64,000 nucleotides of DNA from Thermodesulfobacteriota bacterium (GCA_965223335.1 OZ244991.1:1152001-1216000); one strand, 5' to 3'. Positions 20,922-30,886 are shown, counted from the first letter of the stretch. Notes: generated by a model from the letters alone, not told the origin. Translations and numbers: made by a program.

Positions 20922-21088
20922 GTTGATTGCATATAGCTTAGGTGTGTGGATTTAGGCTTCGTACTCCTCTACAACGAGTTCCGGATGCAGTCCCGGTACC
21001 CCGAGCCTAAACCAAATAGAAGGTCACAATGGGTTGGGCAGCCAGTATGTCCATTTAGTGTCGAAAGGCTCTCAATCAAGGGGAGTGT

Positions 21089-21955
21089 CTAGTATGATCT
21101 GCCCATCGCCATGTCTTCTAGGCGCCTTATCCTCTCTTCCATCGGGGGGTGCGTACTGAAAAGCGATGCAAGTCCCTTGCCGCTCAATGGGTTAGAAATC
21201 ATCATGTGCGATGTGCTGTCGGCCACCTGCTCGCTCACGCGAAGCGGTATCCTGCCCGATACGGAACCCAGCTTCCTAAGCGCATTGGCCAGGTAGACGG
21301 GGTTGCCGCATATCTCTGCCCCGCCCTTGTCTGCTCCGTACTCCCTTGTGCGAGATATGGCCAGGCGTATGACAGTTGCAGCCATCGGTGCTAGTATCGC
21401 CATGGCTATTAGTGCCAGGGGATTACCACCCCTATCCCTACCGCCGCCCCCGCCGCCGAATATGGCAGCAAACTGGGCCATGTAGGCAATGTAGGTGATT
21501 GCCGTCGCAATAGTTGCAGCAATCGATCCAATTAGTATGTCTCTGTTTTTAATATGTGCGAGTTCGTGTGCAAGAACACCCTTTAGCTCCTCACGGCTAA
21601 GCAGTTTCATTATGCCCTGCGTCACTGCCACAGCAGCATGGCTTGGGCCCCTGCCAGTGGCAAAAGCGTTGGGCTGCTCCTGGGGAGTGATGTACACTTT
21701 CGGCATCGGCAGCCCGGCATTTTGAGCCAGTTCCTGCACGTCACCGTAGAGCTCGGGTGCGTCCTCGTACTTAACCTCCTGGGCTTTGTACATCTTAAGT
21801 ACGATTTTATCGCTCCACCAGTAGCTCACAAAATTCATCACGAGCGCTATTCCGAGTGCTATTGTGACCCCGCTACGGCCACCAATATATCCGCCGATTG
21901 CAAGCAGTAGTCCTGATAACCCAGCCAATAGAATTACACTTTTCAAAGTATTCAT
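21089..21955 (-). CDS. htpX: zinc metalloprotease HtpX
   Basis: PNAFATGR, HELAH, AISRTREYGAD, FSTHPP. Confidence 0.96.
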   Translation of the reverse strand: MNTLKSVILLAGLSGLLLAIGGYIGGRSGVTIALGIALVMNFVSYWWSDKIVLKMYKAQEVKYEDAPELYGDVQELAQNAGLPMPKVYITPQEQPNAFATGRGPSHAAVAVTQGIMKLLSREELKGVLAHELAHIKNRDILIGSIAATIATAITYIAYMAQFAAIFGGGGGGRDRGGNPLALIAMAILAPMAATVIRLAISRTREYGADKGGAEICGNPVYLANALRKLGSVSGRIPLRVSEQVADSTSHMMISNPLSGKGLASLFSTHPPMEERIRRLEDMAMGRSY

Positions 21956-22138
21956 TTTCCCTTCCTCTGATTATTTAGTAGTATCAGTATCGCTTTCCTT
22001 AAATAAAATTATAGCCGCTAATTGCTAAATGCATAACAGCCACGCGGTGCTATAATGAAGATAATAATCTAGGTGCTAAATTCAAGTTTTTAATAATATG
22101 TTTCGCAGCCTGTTTATTCTTGTTTTCTTAGGTGCAAC

Positions 22139-22444
22139 ATGAATTGGATAATGATCTGGAGCCTTGTAGGTGCGTTTGTAAACGTTACGGTGCTCACCCG
22201 TTTGCTAAATAGGGTGTTAAAAAAACCGATACCAGATGGGTACAAGAGGGCATTCTTAGTGTTCGGAGTTGTGGGTTTATTAGACCTGATCGGTCTTTGG
22301 GTCTTGTATAAAGACTTAAGGCTGAGCCTGCATCTGATGCTCTTTTATTTTGTGCCGTTTTTAGTAATGTGGCTTCTAAAGGATATATTCGAGAGCTCTA
22401 GGAAGTCGGGTATTAACACTGCGGGGCAAAATGATAATCCCTAA
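22139..22444 (+). CDS. hypothetical membrane protein
   Basis: Three hydrophobic segments; AGGTG RBS. Confidence 0.65.
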   Translation: MNWIMIWSLVGAFVNVTVLTRLLNRVLKKPIPDGYKRAFLVFGVVGLLDLIGLWVLYKDLRLSLHLMLFYFVPFLVMWLLKDIFESSRKSGINTAGQNDNP

Positions 22445-22480
22445 GGTGCTGATATTCTCTTTGTATAGATACGAAAAACT

Positions 22481-22509
22481 TTGACAATTATTTTATATTT
22501 CAATAGAAT
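22481..22509 (+). promoter_or_regulatory. sigma70 promoter of purC
   Basis: TTGACA-17 bp-TAGAAT. Confidence 0.7.
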
Positions 22510-22558
22510 CTTTTCTTCCTTTATTACCGTTATTCTATGAGCCAAGGGGGGGTAACCC

Positions 22559-23446
22559 ATGACACAAACAAACTTAGTTATGGAAACAAATTTCGAGGGG
22601 GTAGAGCCGCCCAGAAGAGGGAAGGTCAGGGATATATATGACCTTGGCGATAAGCTCCTTATTGTGGCGACCGACCGTATTTCTGCGTTCGATGTTGTAC
22701 TGCCCGAGGGTATTCCCGGCAAAGGTGCAGTTTTAAATCTGATCTCAAAATACTGGTTCGATATGACAACCGAAATCATCCCCAATCATTTAATCTCTAC
22801 AGAGGTAGACGACTATCCCGAGGTATTCCACAAATACCGCTCGGACCTAGAGGGCAGGAGTATGCTCGTAAAAAAAACCGACCCACTTGCCGTCGAGTGT
22901 ATCGTGCGCGGCTACATCACCGGTTCGGGATGGAAGGAGTATCAAAAGAGCGAGTCTGTGTGCGGGATCAAACTCCCAAGTGGTCTACTAGAGTCGCAGA
23001 AGCTCGAGAACCCTATTTACACACCTTCCACCAAAGCCGAGGAAGGCGAGCACGATGAAAACATCACCTTTGAGCAGACCATAGATATCATAGGCCAAGA
23101 GATGGCCGAGCGGGTACGCGACGTTAGCATTGCACTTTATTCCAAAGCCCGTGACATCGCTGACACCAAGGGGATAATCATAGCCGATACCAAATTCGAA
23201 TTCGGTACCGATAACGGCGAGCTCATTCTCATAGATGAGGCCCTTACGCCCGACTCATCAAGGTTCTGGCCCAAGGACGATTACGAGGCCGGTAGGTCTC
23301 AAAAGAGTTTCGATAAACAGTTTGTGAGGGACTACCTAAGCTCTATAGGGTGGGATAAAAACCCCCCGGCTCCCTCACTGCCTCAGGATATTATTGACAA
23401 GTCCAAAGAGAAATACGACGAGGCCCTTAGAAGGCTGGCCGGCTAG
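22559..23446 (+). CDS. purC: SAICAR synthetase
   Basis: [52 protein letters not shown]. Confidence 0.98.
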   Translation: MTQTNLVMETNFEGVEPPRRGKVRDIYDLGDKLLIVATDRISAFDVVLPEGIPGKGAVLNLISKYWFDMTTEIIPNHLISTEVDDYPEVFHKYRSDLEGRSMLVKKTDPLAVECIVRGYITGSGWKEYQKSESVCGIKLPSGLLESQKLENPIYTPSTKAEEGEHDENITFEQTIDIIGQEMAERVRDVSIALYSKARDIADTKGIIIADTKFEFGTDNGELILIDEALTPDSSRFWPKDDYEAGRSQKSFDKQFVRDYLSSIGWDKNPPAPSLPQDIIDKSKEKYDEALRRLAG

Positions 23447-23451
23447 CCTTT

Positions 23452-24552
23452 TTACCGTGCACTTGAGTTAAACCAGTCTGTAAGCACCTTTTCGCCCAGC
23501 TTCTTATAGGGAGTAAACCCTTTTTCTACGTTGGGCTTCTCATAGCTCTGCATATCGGTGAAATATTTCCAGATGAAAATGCCGGCCAGGTATTGCGAAC
23601 CCGTAAAGCTTTTATGTGTGGCCCTAAGTGCATTGGCCTGCTCCTTCTGGCTTGTTTTCCCCTCACCGTTCCACTCCCACGGTTTTATTGTAGAGCCCTC
23701 GACAGATTTGTACCCTATCTCGGTAAACAGTACGGGTTTATCGTACTTGGCGGATAACTCTCTTAGGACCGGTTCATATTTTTCCCAGCCCTCCACAAGC
23801 TCCTCCACCGTGGGGTTTTCCTTGTCGGCAAGCGGGAAGTAAGCGTCGATCCCTATATAATCGAGCACGGGCCAAAACTCTATCTTTGTCGCGTTCATCC
23901 CCTCTGCCGCATAGGTGAGTTTCCCCGAGTAGGTTTTTTTAACCTTAGCGATCAGCCCTACCCAGTCCTCCTTGTATTTAGACATGCCCACAAGCTCTGT
24001 CCCAACTGCAAATATCTCTGTCCCCGTACTCTCCGCTATAGCTGCCTGCTCCAAAATAAACTCCGCATAGCTCTCAAACCATTTTGCTCTTTTTGCCTCG
24101 TTTGGGAAATCGATCTTGCTACGCCAGTTATCCGGGTCAAGATCCCACCCTCCTATCCATATATGGGGTTTCAGCATCACCTTAAATCCGTTTTTATGAA
24201 GGTTGTTTATCTCCTCGACCAGGTATTTGTCCGAAAGAGTCGGGTCACCGTCTGCTATGATCCGGGTTTGGTCTTTGTTCCTCATATAGCCGAATGTATT
24301 AAGCTGTACCGTGTCATAACCTACACGTTTTAGGTGGCGATGCATGTCCTCTGACTTTCCCGAGCCATACCCACTCCCTATCCTATGAATGTGTGCAAGC
24401 ACTGCCCCCTTATACTCCAGGTGCGTTTTAGGGCTTTGGGTCGGTTTATTGGCGGCGGAATAGCTTACGAGTACGGCTAGCAGCAATGCGAAGAAAATTA
24501 ATATGGATGTTCTACCTATGATAGACCGCATATGACTTATAGGATAGCGCAA
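23452..24552 (-). CDS. secreted TIM-barrel glycoside hydrolase, GH113-like
   Basis: Signal peptide; VMLKPH, VGTEL (acid/base), IGIDAYFPL, FTEIGY (nucleophile); start may be M at 24531. Confidence 0.82.
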   Translation of the reverse strand: MRYPISHMRSIIGRTSILIFFALLLAVLVSYSAANKPTQSPKTHLEYKGAVLAHIHRIGSGYGSGKSEDMHRHLKRVGYDTVQLNTFGYMRNKDQTRIIADGDPTLSDKYLVEEINNLHKNGFKVMLKPHIWIGGWDLDPDNWRSKIDFPNEAKRAKWFESYAEFILEQAAIAESTGTEIFAVGTELVGMSKYKEDWVGLIAKVKKTYSGKLTYAAEGMNATKIEFWPVLDYIGIDAYFPLADKENPTVEELVEGWEKYEPVLRELSAKYDKPVLFTEIGYKSVEGSTIKPWEWNGEGKTSQKEQANALRATHKSFTGSQYLAGIFIWKYFTDMQSYEKPNVEKGFTPYKKLGEKVLTDWFNSSAR

Positions 24553-24644
24553 GAAAGGGTTTTGTGCATGATCAATTTATTTAGGGCTGATATTAGGATT
24601 CAAGCTGTGACCGGGCACCCGAGTCGGCAATATTATAGAGTATG

Positions 24645-25244
24645 CTACTTAGCAAGGTGTTGGAATTTTTCTGCTCGGTTAATAAGTGCATAGGGCCTTG
24701 GATACATCCAAATGCTAAGTACTAAACTCGCCACTGCAAACGGTATAATCTTGGAGGGGTTGCCGGTCAGAAACGCCAACACAAACCCCAGCACCGCAAT
24801 GGTTTCGTTAAGTATTAGATTTATCATGGTGGTTTTCTGGAGCTCATACATGAGCACGATTATCTTTTTCTGAAACGGGTTTAGCTTGTCCATCTCTTCT
24901 TTCGGCAGGGGGGAGCTTCTTTTGTTATCTTTGCCAAGGGTGAGGCTCTCTAGATCAACATCCCGCTCCACAAGTTTTTGTATGTTCTCGTCTGTGGATG
25001 AGCGCCTGAAATACGCAATAGAACCCAGTGCCAATAGCACTGATATCAGATAAAATGCAATCTCTACTGTGCCGCTAAGCTCTGAGGTAATCGAGCTATT
25101 TCCTTTGCCCACAATTGCGTATACGATCGCAAAATAAAAAATTACGGTCCCGGTAATTGCAAACCAAATAATCCTCTGCACCAGTACCTGTTTGTTCACA
25201 AATTTCTTTAGTTCCGGGGTAAGCATACTATTCGGCTCGCTCAT
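24645..25244 (-). CDS. hypothetical membrane protein
   Basis: Four TM segments; overlaps the stop of the upstream gene. Confidence 0.75.
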   Translation of the reverse strand: MSEPNSMLTPELKKFVNKQVLVQRIIWFAITGTVIFYFAIVYAIVGKGNSSITSELSGTVEIAFYLISVLLALGSIAYFRRSSTDENIQKLVERDVDLESLTLGKDNKRSSPLPKEEMDKLNPFQKKIIVLMYELQKTTMINLILNETIAVLGFVLAFLTGNPSKIIPFAVASLVLSIWMYPRPYALINRAEKFQHLAK

Positions 25245-26307
25245 CGTTCTTAATAATATGTTTTAACGGGCCTTCTTTGTCCAGCCAAGCGGCTATGGTG
25301 TTTAGAGGGACGGTAACAAAATAAGGGCCCTCCGCATACGAACCCACCTCGTATGCAGAGAACGCAAACTGGAGCCCCTTAGGCGAGATTACAAAGTTCC
25401 TTAATTGCTTAGCGGTGAGTTCGGTTATCACACCACCGGTAACAGAACTCGCCCCTTGAATTCTCAGGTCGTCCATACAGTAATCGGATACTATTTTAAT
25501 GTAGTCGGCTTGATCCGAAAAAAGATCTTTAAGCTCTATCTTTTGAGATTTACCGTCCTTGATCTGGTAGTTTGAGGATATGTACACAGTGTTGGGGTGG
25601 GCGCCACCCGAGTATGTAAAGATCGAGCCCGCCAGGCTCACCAGGCTCTCTGAGTAGTACTCGATGGAATATATGAATTCCTGCTCCCATCCCCCGTATG
25701 TGCTCATTTCGGTAGTAAAAAACTCCTCTGCATCCTTAAAGAATGTAGAGTTCTTTTTCTCTACCTCTGTTTCGATCAATTTGTTTATCTGTTTTAGCGC
25801 TGGGGATTCTGACAGGAAATGCGGGTAAGAACTCGATACCGATATTGTATTCCCCTGTTTTGTGCTGGATATAACATAGTCGGCTACTTTTGTGAGTTTA
25901 AACAGCAGCTTGGTCGAACCTTCCGGGTTTGACCACTGGCCCTCTATCGATTTCGCAAAGTTTGAACCGATCTCAGACAGTTTGCCCTTAAACACCCCGG
26001 TAGCTTCCGATTTATCATTCTTTTCGTTGATTGTGATTGAAGAGTCGTCTCTATTCCAAGTACCCGAAATATTTAGAGGGCTGCCTGTACTCTCATAGTA
26101 ATATGTGCCTCTCAGGTCTTTTCCAGAGACCTCCATCTCCATCTGAACACCCAGTTTCTCGTCTATCTCACCTATAAAATAGTACTTGGCTTCTGCCCCT
26201 CTATCATTCTGAGCAAATGCATTCTGATTATATATTAGGGTCGCAGCGATCAATACTAATATAGGACCCAATGCACTAAAAGTAAGTCGTGAACTCATCC
26301 CTCTCAC
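25228..26307 (-). CDS. DUF3298/DUF4163 (RsiV/PdaC-like) periplasmic protein
   Basis: Signal peptide; YSGGAHPN, LKDLF, F.AYEVGSYAEG motifs. Confidence 0.85.
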   Translation of the reverse strand: MRGMSSRLTFSALGPILVLIAATLIYNQNAFAQNDRGAEAKYYFIGEIDEKLGVQMEMEVSGKDLRGTYYYESTGSPLNISGTWNRDDSSITINEKNDKSEATGVFKGKLSEIGSNFAKSIEGQWSNPEGSTKLLFKLTKVADYVISSTKQGNTISVSSSYPHFLSESPALKQINKLIETEVEKKNSTFFKDAEEFFTTEMSTYGGWEQEFIYSIEYYSESLVSLAGSIFTYSGGAHPNTVYISSNYQIKDGKSQKIELKDLFSDQADYIKIVSDYCMDDLRIQGASSVTGGVITELTAKQLRNFVISPKGLQFAFSAYEVGSYAEGPYFVTVPLNTIAAWLDKEGPLKHIIKNDERAE

Positions 26308-26417
26308 CTCACAATCTTTTTAGTTTAGATAATATCATATTTTGGATTCAGTATTGAGTGATTGGTACAGAATCATTGACACGACAAAAATAGACACAGG
26401 TTGAATACATATTACGT

Positions 26418-26444
26418 CATATGTGACAAATATTGTCACATATG
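26418..26444. promoter_or_regulatory. perfect palindrome, putative enhancer-binding-protein site
   Basis: CATATGTGACAA-ATA-TTGTCACATATG (12-bp arms), about 70 bp upstream of a sigma54 -24 box. Confidence 0.75.
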
Positions 26445-26484
26445 GTAAAATTCAAGAAAGGGTGTTTTTGCATAATTTGTATAA

Positions 26485-26497
26485 TATCAAGAGGTTA
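26485..26497 (+). promoter_or_regulatory. IHF consensus site
   Basis: TATCAAGAGGTTA matches WATCAANNNNTTR exactly, between the enhancer and the sigma54 promoter. Confidence 0.65.
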
Positions 26498-26514
26498 TGC
26501 AATTATTGAGTCTT

Positions 26515-26530
26515 TGGCATCGATATTGCA
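26515..26530 (+). promoter_or_regulatory. sigma54 (-24/-12) promoter
   Basis: TGGCAT-CGATA-TTGCA versus consensus TGGCAC-N5-TTGCW, with correct GG-N10-GC spacing. Confidence 0.8.
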
Positions 26531-26540
26531 AATATTATTT

Positions 26541-26645
26541 GTGCATGACTTGGTAACGAAAATAAGCTTTCAATGCCATAACATATTCCCCATCCTCTAG
26601 AGGGTAAGTCGAGGGAGAAATCCTTAGACTTACCCTTAATTTTTA
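26541..26645 (+). ncRNA. candidate sigma54-dependent small RNA
   Basis: Between the sigma54 promoter and an intrinsic terminator; only tiny ORFs; next gene is convergent; CU-rich segment TTCCCCATCCTCT. Ends approximate. Confidence 0.62.
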
Positions 26646-26647
26646 TT
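26601..26647 (+). terminator. intrinsic terminator hairpin, possibly bidirectional with suhB
   Basis: AGGGTAAGTC/GACTTACCCT 10-bp stem, inner AGGGA-GAAA-TCCTT, then TAATTTTTATT. Confidence 0.75.
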
Positions 26648-26652
26648 GGGGC

Positions 26653-27447
26653 TCACCCAGCTTTTCTATGTTCTGTACTGCACATTGCCAATATCTTCAT
26701 CATCTCATCGTGTATGAGTACGTTGGACGATAGTATCTCTTTTACATAGATGCTGTACGGGTTGCCTCTAAAATCGGTTACCCTGCCCCCGGCTTCTTTA
26801 AGAATTAGTTGCGCCGCGGCTGTATCCCAGGGGTTAAGCCCAATTTCCCAAAACCCGTCAAACCTGCCGCATGCGTTATAGCATATATCCAACGCTGCCG
26901 AGCCGTCCCTGCGCACAGCCTGTGCCCTTCTTATGAAATTTGCGAAATGCTCGATGTTTTCTTCCATCATCCATTCCTCATCATGCATAAACCCCGTGCA
27001 CAGGTGGCTTCTTTCGATGCTATTGGTATTGGAAACTTGTATAGGTTCTCCGTTTAGATTAGCCCCCCTACCCAGCTCCGATGCAAAAAGCTCGTCTTTT
27101 ACCGGGTCGTAAACCACTCCGACCTCTACCTGTCCTCCGATCTCAAGAGCAATTGAAATAGAGAAATAGGGGTAGGCATGGGCATAGTTGGTAGTGCCGT
27201 CGAGCGGGTCTATGATCCAGAGGTGATCCGAGGACTCCGAGTGGCGGCCCGATTCCTCGGCAAATATGTCGTGTGTGGGGAACCGGTCCTTTAGCATATT
27301 TATAATAATTTTTTCAGACTGCGTGTCTATCTCGGTAACAAGGTTGTTTTTGGCCTTATACTCGATACGTGTAACGTTTCCCAGGTTCTCGAGCAAAAAC
27401 TCCCCGGCCTTAAGTGCCGCTTCTGTAGCGGTTTCTATATAGTTCAA
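26653..27447 (-). CDS. suhB: inositol monophosphatase family protein
   Basis: AEES, WIIDPLDGTTNY, RRDGSAALD, PWDTAAA. Confidence 0.93.
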   Translation of the reverse strand: MNYIETATEAALKAGEFLLENLGNVTRIEYKAKNNLVTEIDTQSEKIIINMLKDRFPTHDIFAEESGRHSESSDHLWIIDPLDGTTNYAHAYPYFSISIALEIGGQVEVGVVYDPVKDELFASELGRGANLNGEPIQVSNTNSIERSHLCTGFMHDEEWMMEENIEHFANFIRRAQAVRRDGSAALDICYNACGRFDGFWEIGLNPWDTAAAQLILKEAGGRVTDFRGNPYSIYVKEILSSNVLIHDEMMKILAMCSTEHRKAG

Positions 27448-27552
27448 TTTTGTGCTCCGTTATTTGAGAGTTTTAGGTAGCAGATTTAATTCCGGGATTT
27501 TATCACTATTAATAATCAAAAAACCTATGCGAAAACAATATATTGACTCACC

Positions 27553-27759
27553 CTACTCTTCACTCGATTCGGGAATAATAACCCAACCTACCAGATACAC
27601 TATCACTACCGGCAGCACTCCAGTGAGCAGAGTAATAAGGACTGCCCCCAACCTTACTATTGTGGGATCAACCGATAGCATCTTTCCCAATCCACCGCAA
27701 ATCCCGGCCAGCATCTTGTCTGTGCTCGATCTGAAGATCTTATTGGATTCTTCGCTCAT
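27553..27759 (-). CDS. PspC domain protein
   Basis: RSSTDKMLAGICGGLG...DPTIVRL...YLVGWVIIP. Confidence 0.93.
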   Translation of the reverse strand: MSEESNKIFRSSTDKMLAGICGGLGKMLSVDPTIVRLGAVLITLLTGVLPVVIVYLVGWVIIPESSEE

Positions 27760-27848
27760 CGTTTACCCCCTTGTTGACTGTTCTCTAATACCATTATACA
27801 TAATACCCGGCCGTATATGGTTGAGAACCTGTTAATCGGGACCCCACG

Positions 27849-28316
27849 CTAAACAGTTTCCTGCGAGCGGAGCATTTCCAGGTATTGGGGGGTAAGCATC
27901 TCATCAGCCAACAGCAAATGGCTCAGGTATTTTGCCCTGGGTTTAAGACCATCTTTTGTCATATCGGCATTAGCTATATATGTAACGCATTCGATCATAG
28001 CTTTTTCTGCTGTCTCGACTCTTACGGTCTCTTTGGTGTAATGCTCGGGGTAGCCCTCGAATCTATCGAGAGCCGCCAAACCCCCGGCGGTGACAAGATA
28101 CAGGATTCCCTCTACCCTACTATGCGGGGATTCTACGATATTCGCAGCACCACTGCCGGGGTAGCTGGCAGAAATCTTGTTAAAGCACAATGCATAACCG
28201 TCGAGCACTGCACTTTGCCGCAAACTAAACTCAACGGTCCTCTCCCGCATCCTCCCGGGGTTCATATTGGAACCGTATGCAAAGTAGTTAATCCAAGTGC
28301 TATCCGCGCTGGTCAT
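27849..28316 (-). CDS. gamma-glutamylcyclotransferase family protein
   Basis: YFAYGSNM, VEGILY, LDRFEG. Confidence 0.92.
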   Translation of the reverse strand: MTSADSTWINYFAYGSNMNPGRMRERTVEFSLRQSAVLDGYALCFNKISASYPGSGAANIVESPHSRVEGILYLVTAGGLAALDRFEGYPEHYTKETVRVETAEKAMIECVTYIANADMTKDGLKPRAKYLSHLLLADEMLTPQYLEMLRSQETV

Positions 28317-30040
28317 GGTAATGACTCAAAGGTCTGAATCTTGTAGAGGTTAGAGTAGATCTTTCGGTTAGACATAAGTTCTGTGTGGGTGCCAACCTCG
28401 ATGAGCTCGCCGTTATCAAAGACCGCAATCTCATCAAACCCTTTTATTGAGGGCACTCTGCTCGATACTGCTACTAGAGTGTTACCGTCCATCGTACTTA
28501 CCAGGTTCTTAAGTACCTTGGATTCGGTTTGGAGGTCAAGCGAGGATAACACGTCGTCTAGGATTAGAACCTTGGGCTGCATGAGTATGGCCCTTGCGAG
28601 TGCGATGCGTTGGCGCTGCCCTCCCGACAGGCTTAATCCCCGTTCTCCGACCATGGCGTCGAAACCACCTGGGAAATGCATGATCTCGTCATATATCTCG
28701 GTCAGTTTTGCTGCTTCTTCTATCTGGGCATCGGTAAGATTGGGGTTCATAAACGAGATATTATCACGTATGGTACCGCTAAATACTGTGGTCTCCTGCG
28801 GTACGTAAATCACCGATTCGCGCAGGCAATCCTTCTCGATCTCGGTTACGTCTTCGCCGTCAATAAAAATGGTGTTTGGGGGCGGCTCGTCTATTCTGGT
28901 GAGCAGTTTAAAGAGTGTGCTTTTCCCCGAACCCGTCGCACCCGTAATACCAAATGAGCTTGCTCTGGGTATGGCCAGCGATACATCGTTTAGTGCTCTG
29001 GTCCCGTTATAAGAATAGCTTAGCTCTTTTAGTTCTATGTTACCTACAATATCTATCCTCTTTGCCCCGGGCTCGTCCAGGTGTAGCGGCTCCACGCTAA
29101 GAATATTGTTTATTCTGTTTAGCGATGCATTGCCTCTTTTAATAATATCGACCGCCCAGCCCATCGCCATCATGGGCCAGGTGAGCATTGTCAGGTACAC
29201 GAGCACAGCGGCAAAATCACCGAGAGTGATATTATTGGTTATTGTGTTGATTCCACCGAGCCAAAGAAATATCGCGGTTGCGGTGCCCGCTGCGAATGTG
29301 ATAAGCGGCTGGTACACACCCCAGATACGGATGAGGTGAAGATTTTTGTCCAGATAGTCCCGACTCGCGTGAGTGAATTCCCGTGATTCCTTCCCCTCTC
29401 TCACATACGATTTAATTACCTTAATTCCCGAGATCGATTCCCTCGCATTCTCGGTCAGTTCAGAGAACGAGTCCTGTACCTTTTGGAACCTCTGCTCTAT
29501 CATGCGGCCAAACCTCATTATTACAAATGCTAAAATGGGAAACGGTATAAATGCGTATAGTGTGAGTTCGGGCGAAACATAGAGCATTGCCGCGAAAATA
29601 AAGATCAACAGAAACACACCATCATAAGCTATCAGTACCCCAAGTCCGCTTGCGAACTTTAACGTCTCGATATCGTTTACGGTGTGGGCCATCAGGTCCC
29701 CCACCTTTTTCTGGGAATAAAAGTCGAGGTGGAGGTTCTGGAGATGCTCAAAAAACTCGTTTCTGGTAGACTGCTCGATTTTTCGTGCCGAGCCCATGAT
29801 AAAAAATCTCCAAAAAAACCTAAACACCGCCATTATTACTGCAAGGCCCAGCATATAGAGACCGTAACGGGTTAAGTCGTTCACCTTCGCATCTTCCAGT
29901 GTGAGCGTATCGATCACTCGTTCAATGATCAGAGGAATGGACAACTGACAGAGATCAACTACCGTGAGCGCGGCAAGCCCGGCGATAAATGAGTATTTAT
30001 ATTTAATAAGCAGCGAGAACAGAGTTTTCTTCTTTTTCAT
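28313..30040 (-). CDS. ABC exporter, fused permease/ATPase (MdlA-like)
   Basis: Six-TM domain, GATGSGKST, VGERGLSLSGGQRQR, LILDD. Confidence 0.94.
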   Translation of the reverse strand: MKKKKTLFSLLIKYKYSFIAGLAALTVVDLCQLSIPLIIERVIDTLTLEDAKVNDLTRYGLYMLGLAVIMAVFRFFWRFFIMGSARKIEQSTRNEFFEHLQNLHLDFYSQKKVGDLMAHTVNDIETLKFASGLGVLIAYDGVFLLIFIFAAMLYVSPELTLYAFIPFPILAFVIMRFGRMIEQRFQKVQDSFSELTENARESISGIKVIKSYVREGKESREFTHASRDYLDKNLHLIRIWGVYQPLITFAAGTATAIFLWLGGINTITNNITLGDFAAVLVYLTMLTWPMMAMGWAVDIIKRGNASLNRINNILSVEPLHLDEPGAKRIDIVGNIELKELSYSYNGTRALNDVSLAIPRASSFGITGATGSGKSTLFKLLTRIDEPPPNTIFIDGEDVTEIEKDCLRESVIYVPQETTVFSGTIRDNISFMNPNLTDAQIEEAAKLTEIYDEIMHFPGGFDAMVGERGLSLSGGQRQRIALARAILMQPKVLILDDVLSSLDLQTESKVLKNLVSTMDGNTLVAVSSRVPSIKGFDEIAVFDNGELIEVGTHTELMSNRKIYSNLYKIQTFESLP

Positions 30041-30191
30041 AGGGCTCGGGTCAGGTATTTGGATCTAATAAGAGTGCATATAGGGCGTTTCGATATTATA
30101 CCTGAACGTAACATTCGGTTTTCCCACGCTAAACGCACCGGTTGTTAAGATGACTGCAAGCGGGTTTATGATGCTTGGTTTTAATGTATGG

Positions 30192-30226
30192 GAAGGAAAA
30201 GGGGGCCATATTTATTTTATGACCCC
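30192..30226 (-). terminator. intrinsic terminator after the cytochrome gene
   Basis: Minus strand GGGGTCATA...TATGGCCCC followed by CTTTTCCTT. Confidence 0.65.
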
Positions 30227-30238
30227 TACAATAACTGA

Positions 30239-30886
30239 CTATTCGGTGTTTATGGGCGAGGTCATTATATAGTCGTTTGCTTTGTTGGATGTGTGACAGT
30301 CAATGCATCCGGGCACCTTACCCACAAGCATTGTGGACTCACCGTCTGTCTCTGCACTCATGGGTTTTCCGTCCGGCGAGTATTTGGCCCAGAACCAGTT
30401 GTTGTTCCCTGGATCGTAGCCGGCTAGTTTATACATCACAGTGATGGCTGCGAGTGTTTTCTCGGGGGTGTAGTTCTCCTTTACGATTATTGACCCCGGG
30501 TCAAGCTCAGTACCTTCGCCCTCAAGCGATTTAAGCGCTATGTCGTTTAAATAGGTTGTGAGATATGAGCCGTGGGGGTGGGTACCTTTATATAGAGCCT
30601 CTTTACCCGGCCACATTTTCCAGCTCACGCGGTAATTCTCAGTCTGGATCAGATCCCAAAGCTCTGCTGCAATCTTAGGGGGTGCGTCCTCGGCCTGTTT
30701 TTGTTCTTGCCAACTGTGTATCTCCTCTGTCTTTTCTACGGGGTCCTCAACCATCTCTTGTGCCTCTTCCACGACTCTCTCGGTCGTAGTTTGCTCAGCA
30801 TCCGTGCTTTTATCTGCCCTTTCACACCCGGCGTATAAAAAGCAGCTAATCAGTATTACTGTGAGTAGGGAGTTTAAAATTCTCAT
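30239..30886 (-). CDS. cytochrome P460-family c-type cytochrome lipoprotein
   Basis: Lipobox YAGC; PGSIIVKENY, TVMYK, WFWAKY; single C-terminal CIDCH; ATG 30886 with GGAGG RBS. Confidence 0.8.
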   Translation of the reverse strand: MRILNSLLTVILISCFLYAGCERADKSTDAEQTTTERVVEEAQEMVEDPVEKTEEIHSWQEQKQAEDAPPKIAAELWDLIQTENYRVSWKMWPGKEALYKGTHPHGSYLTTYLNDIALKSLEGEGTELDPGSIIVKENYTPEKTLAAITVMYKLAGYDPGNNNWFWAKYSPDGKPMSAETDGESTMLVGKVPGCIDCHTSNKANDYIMTSPINTE

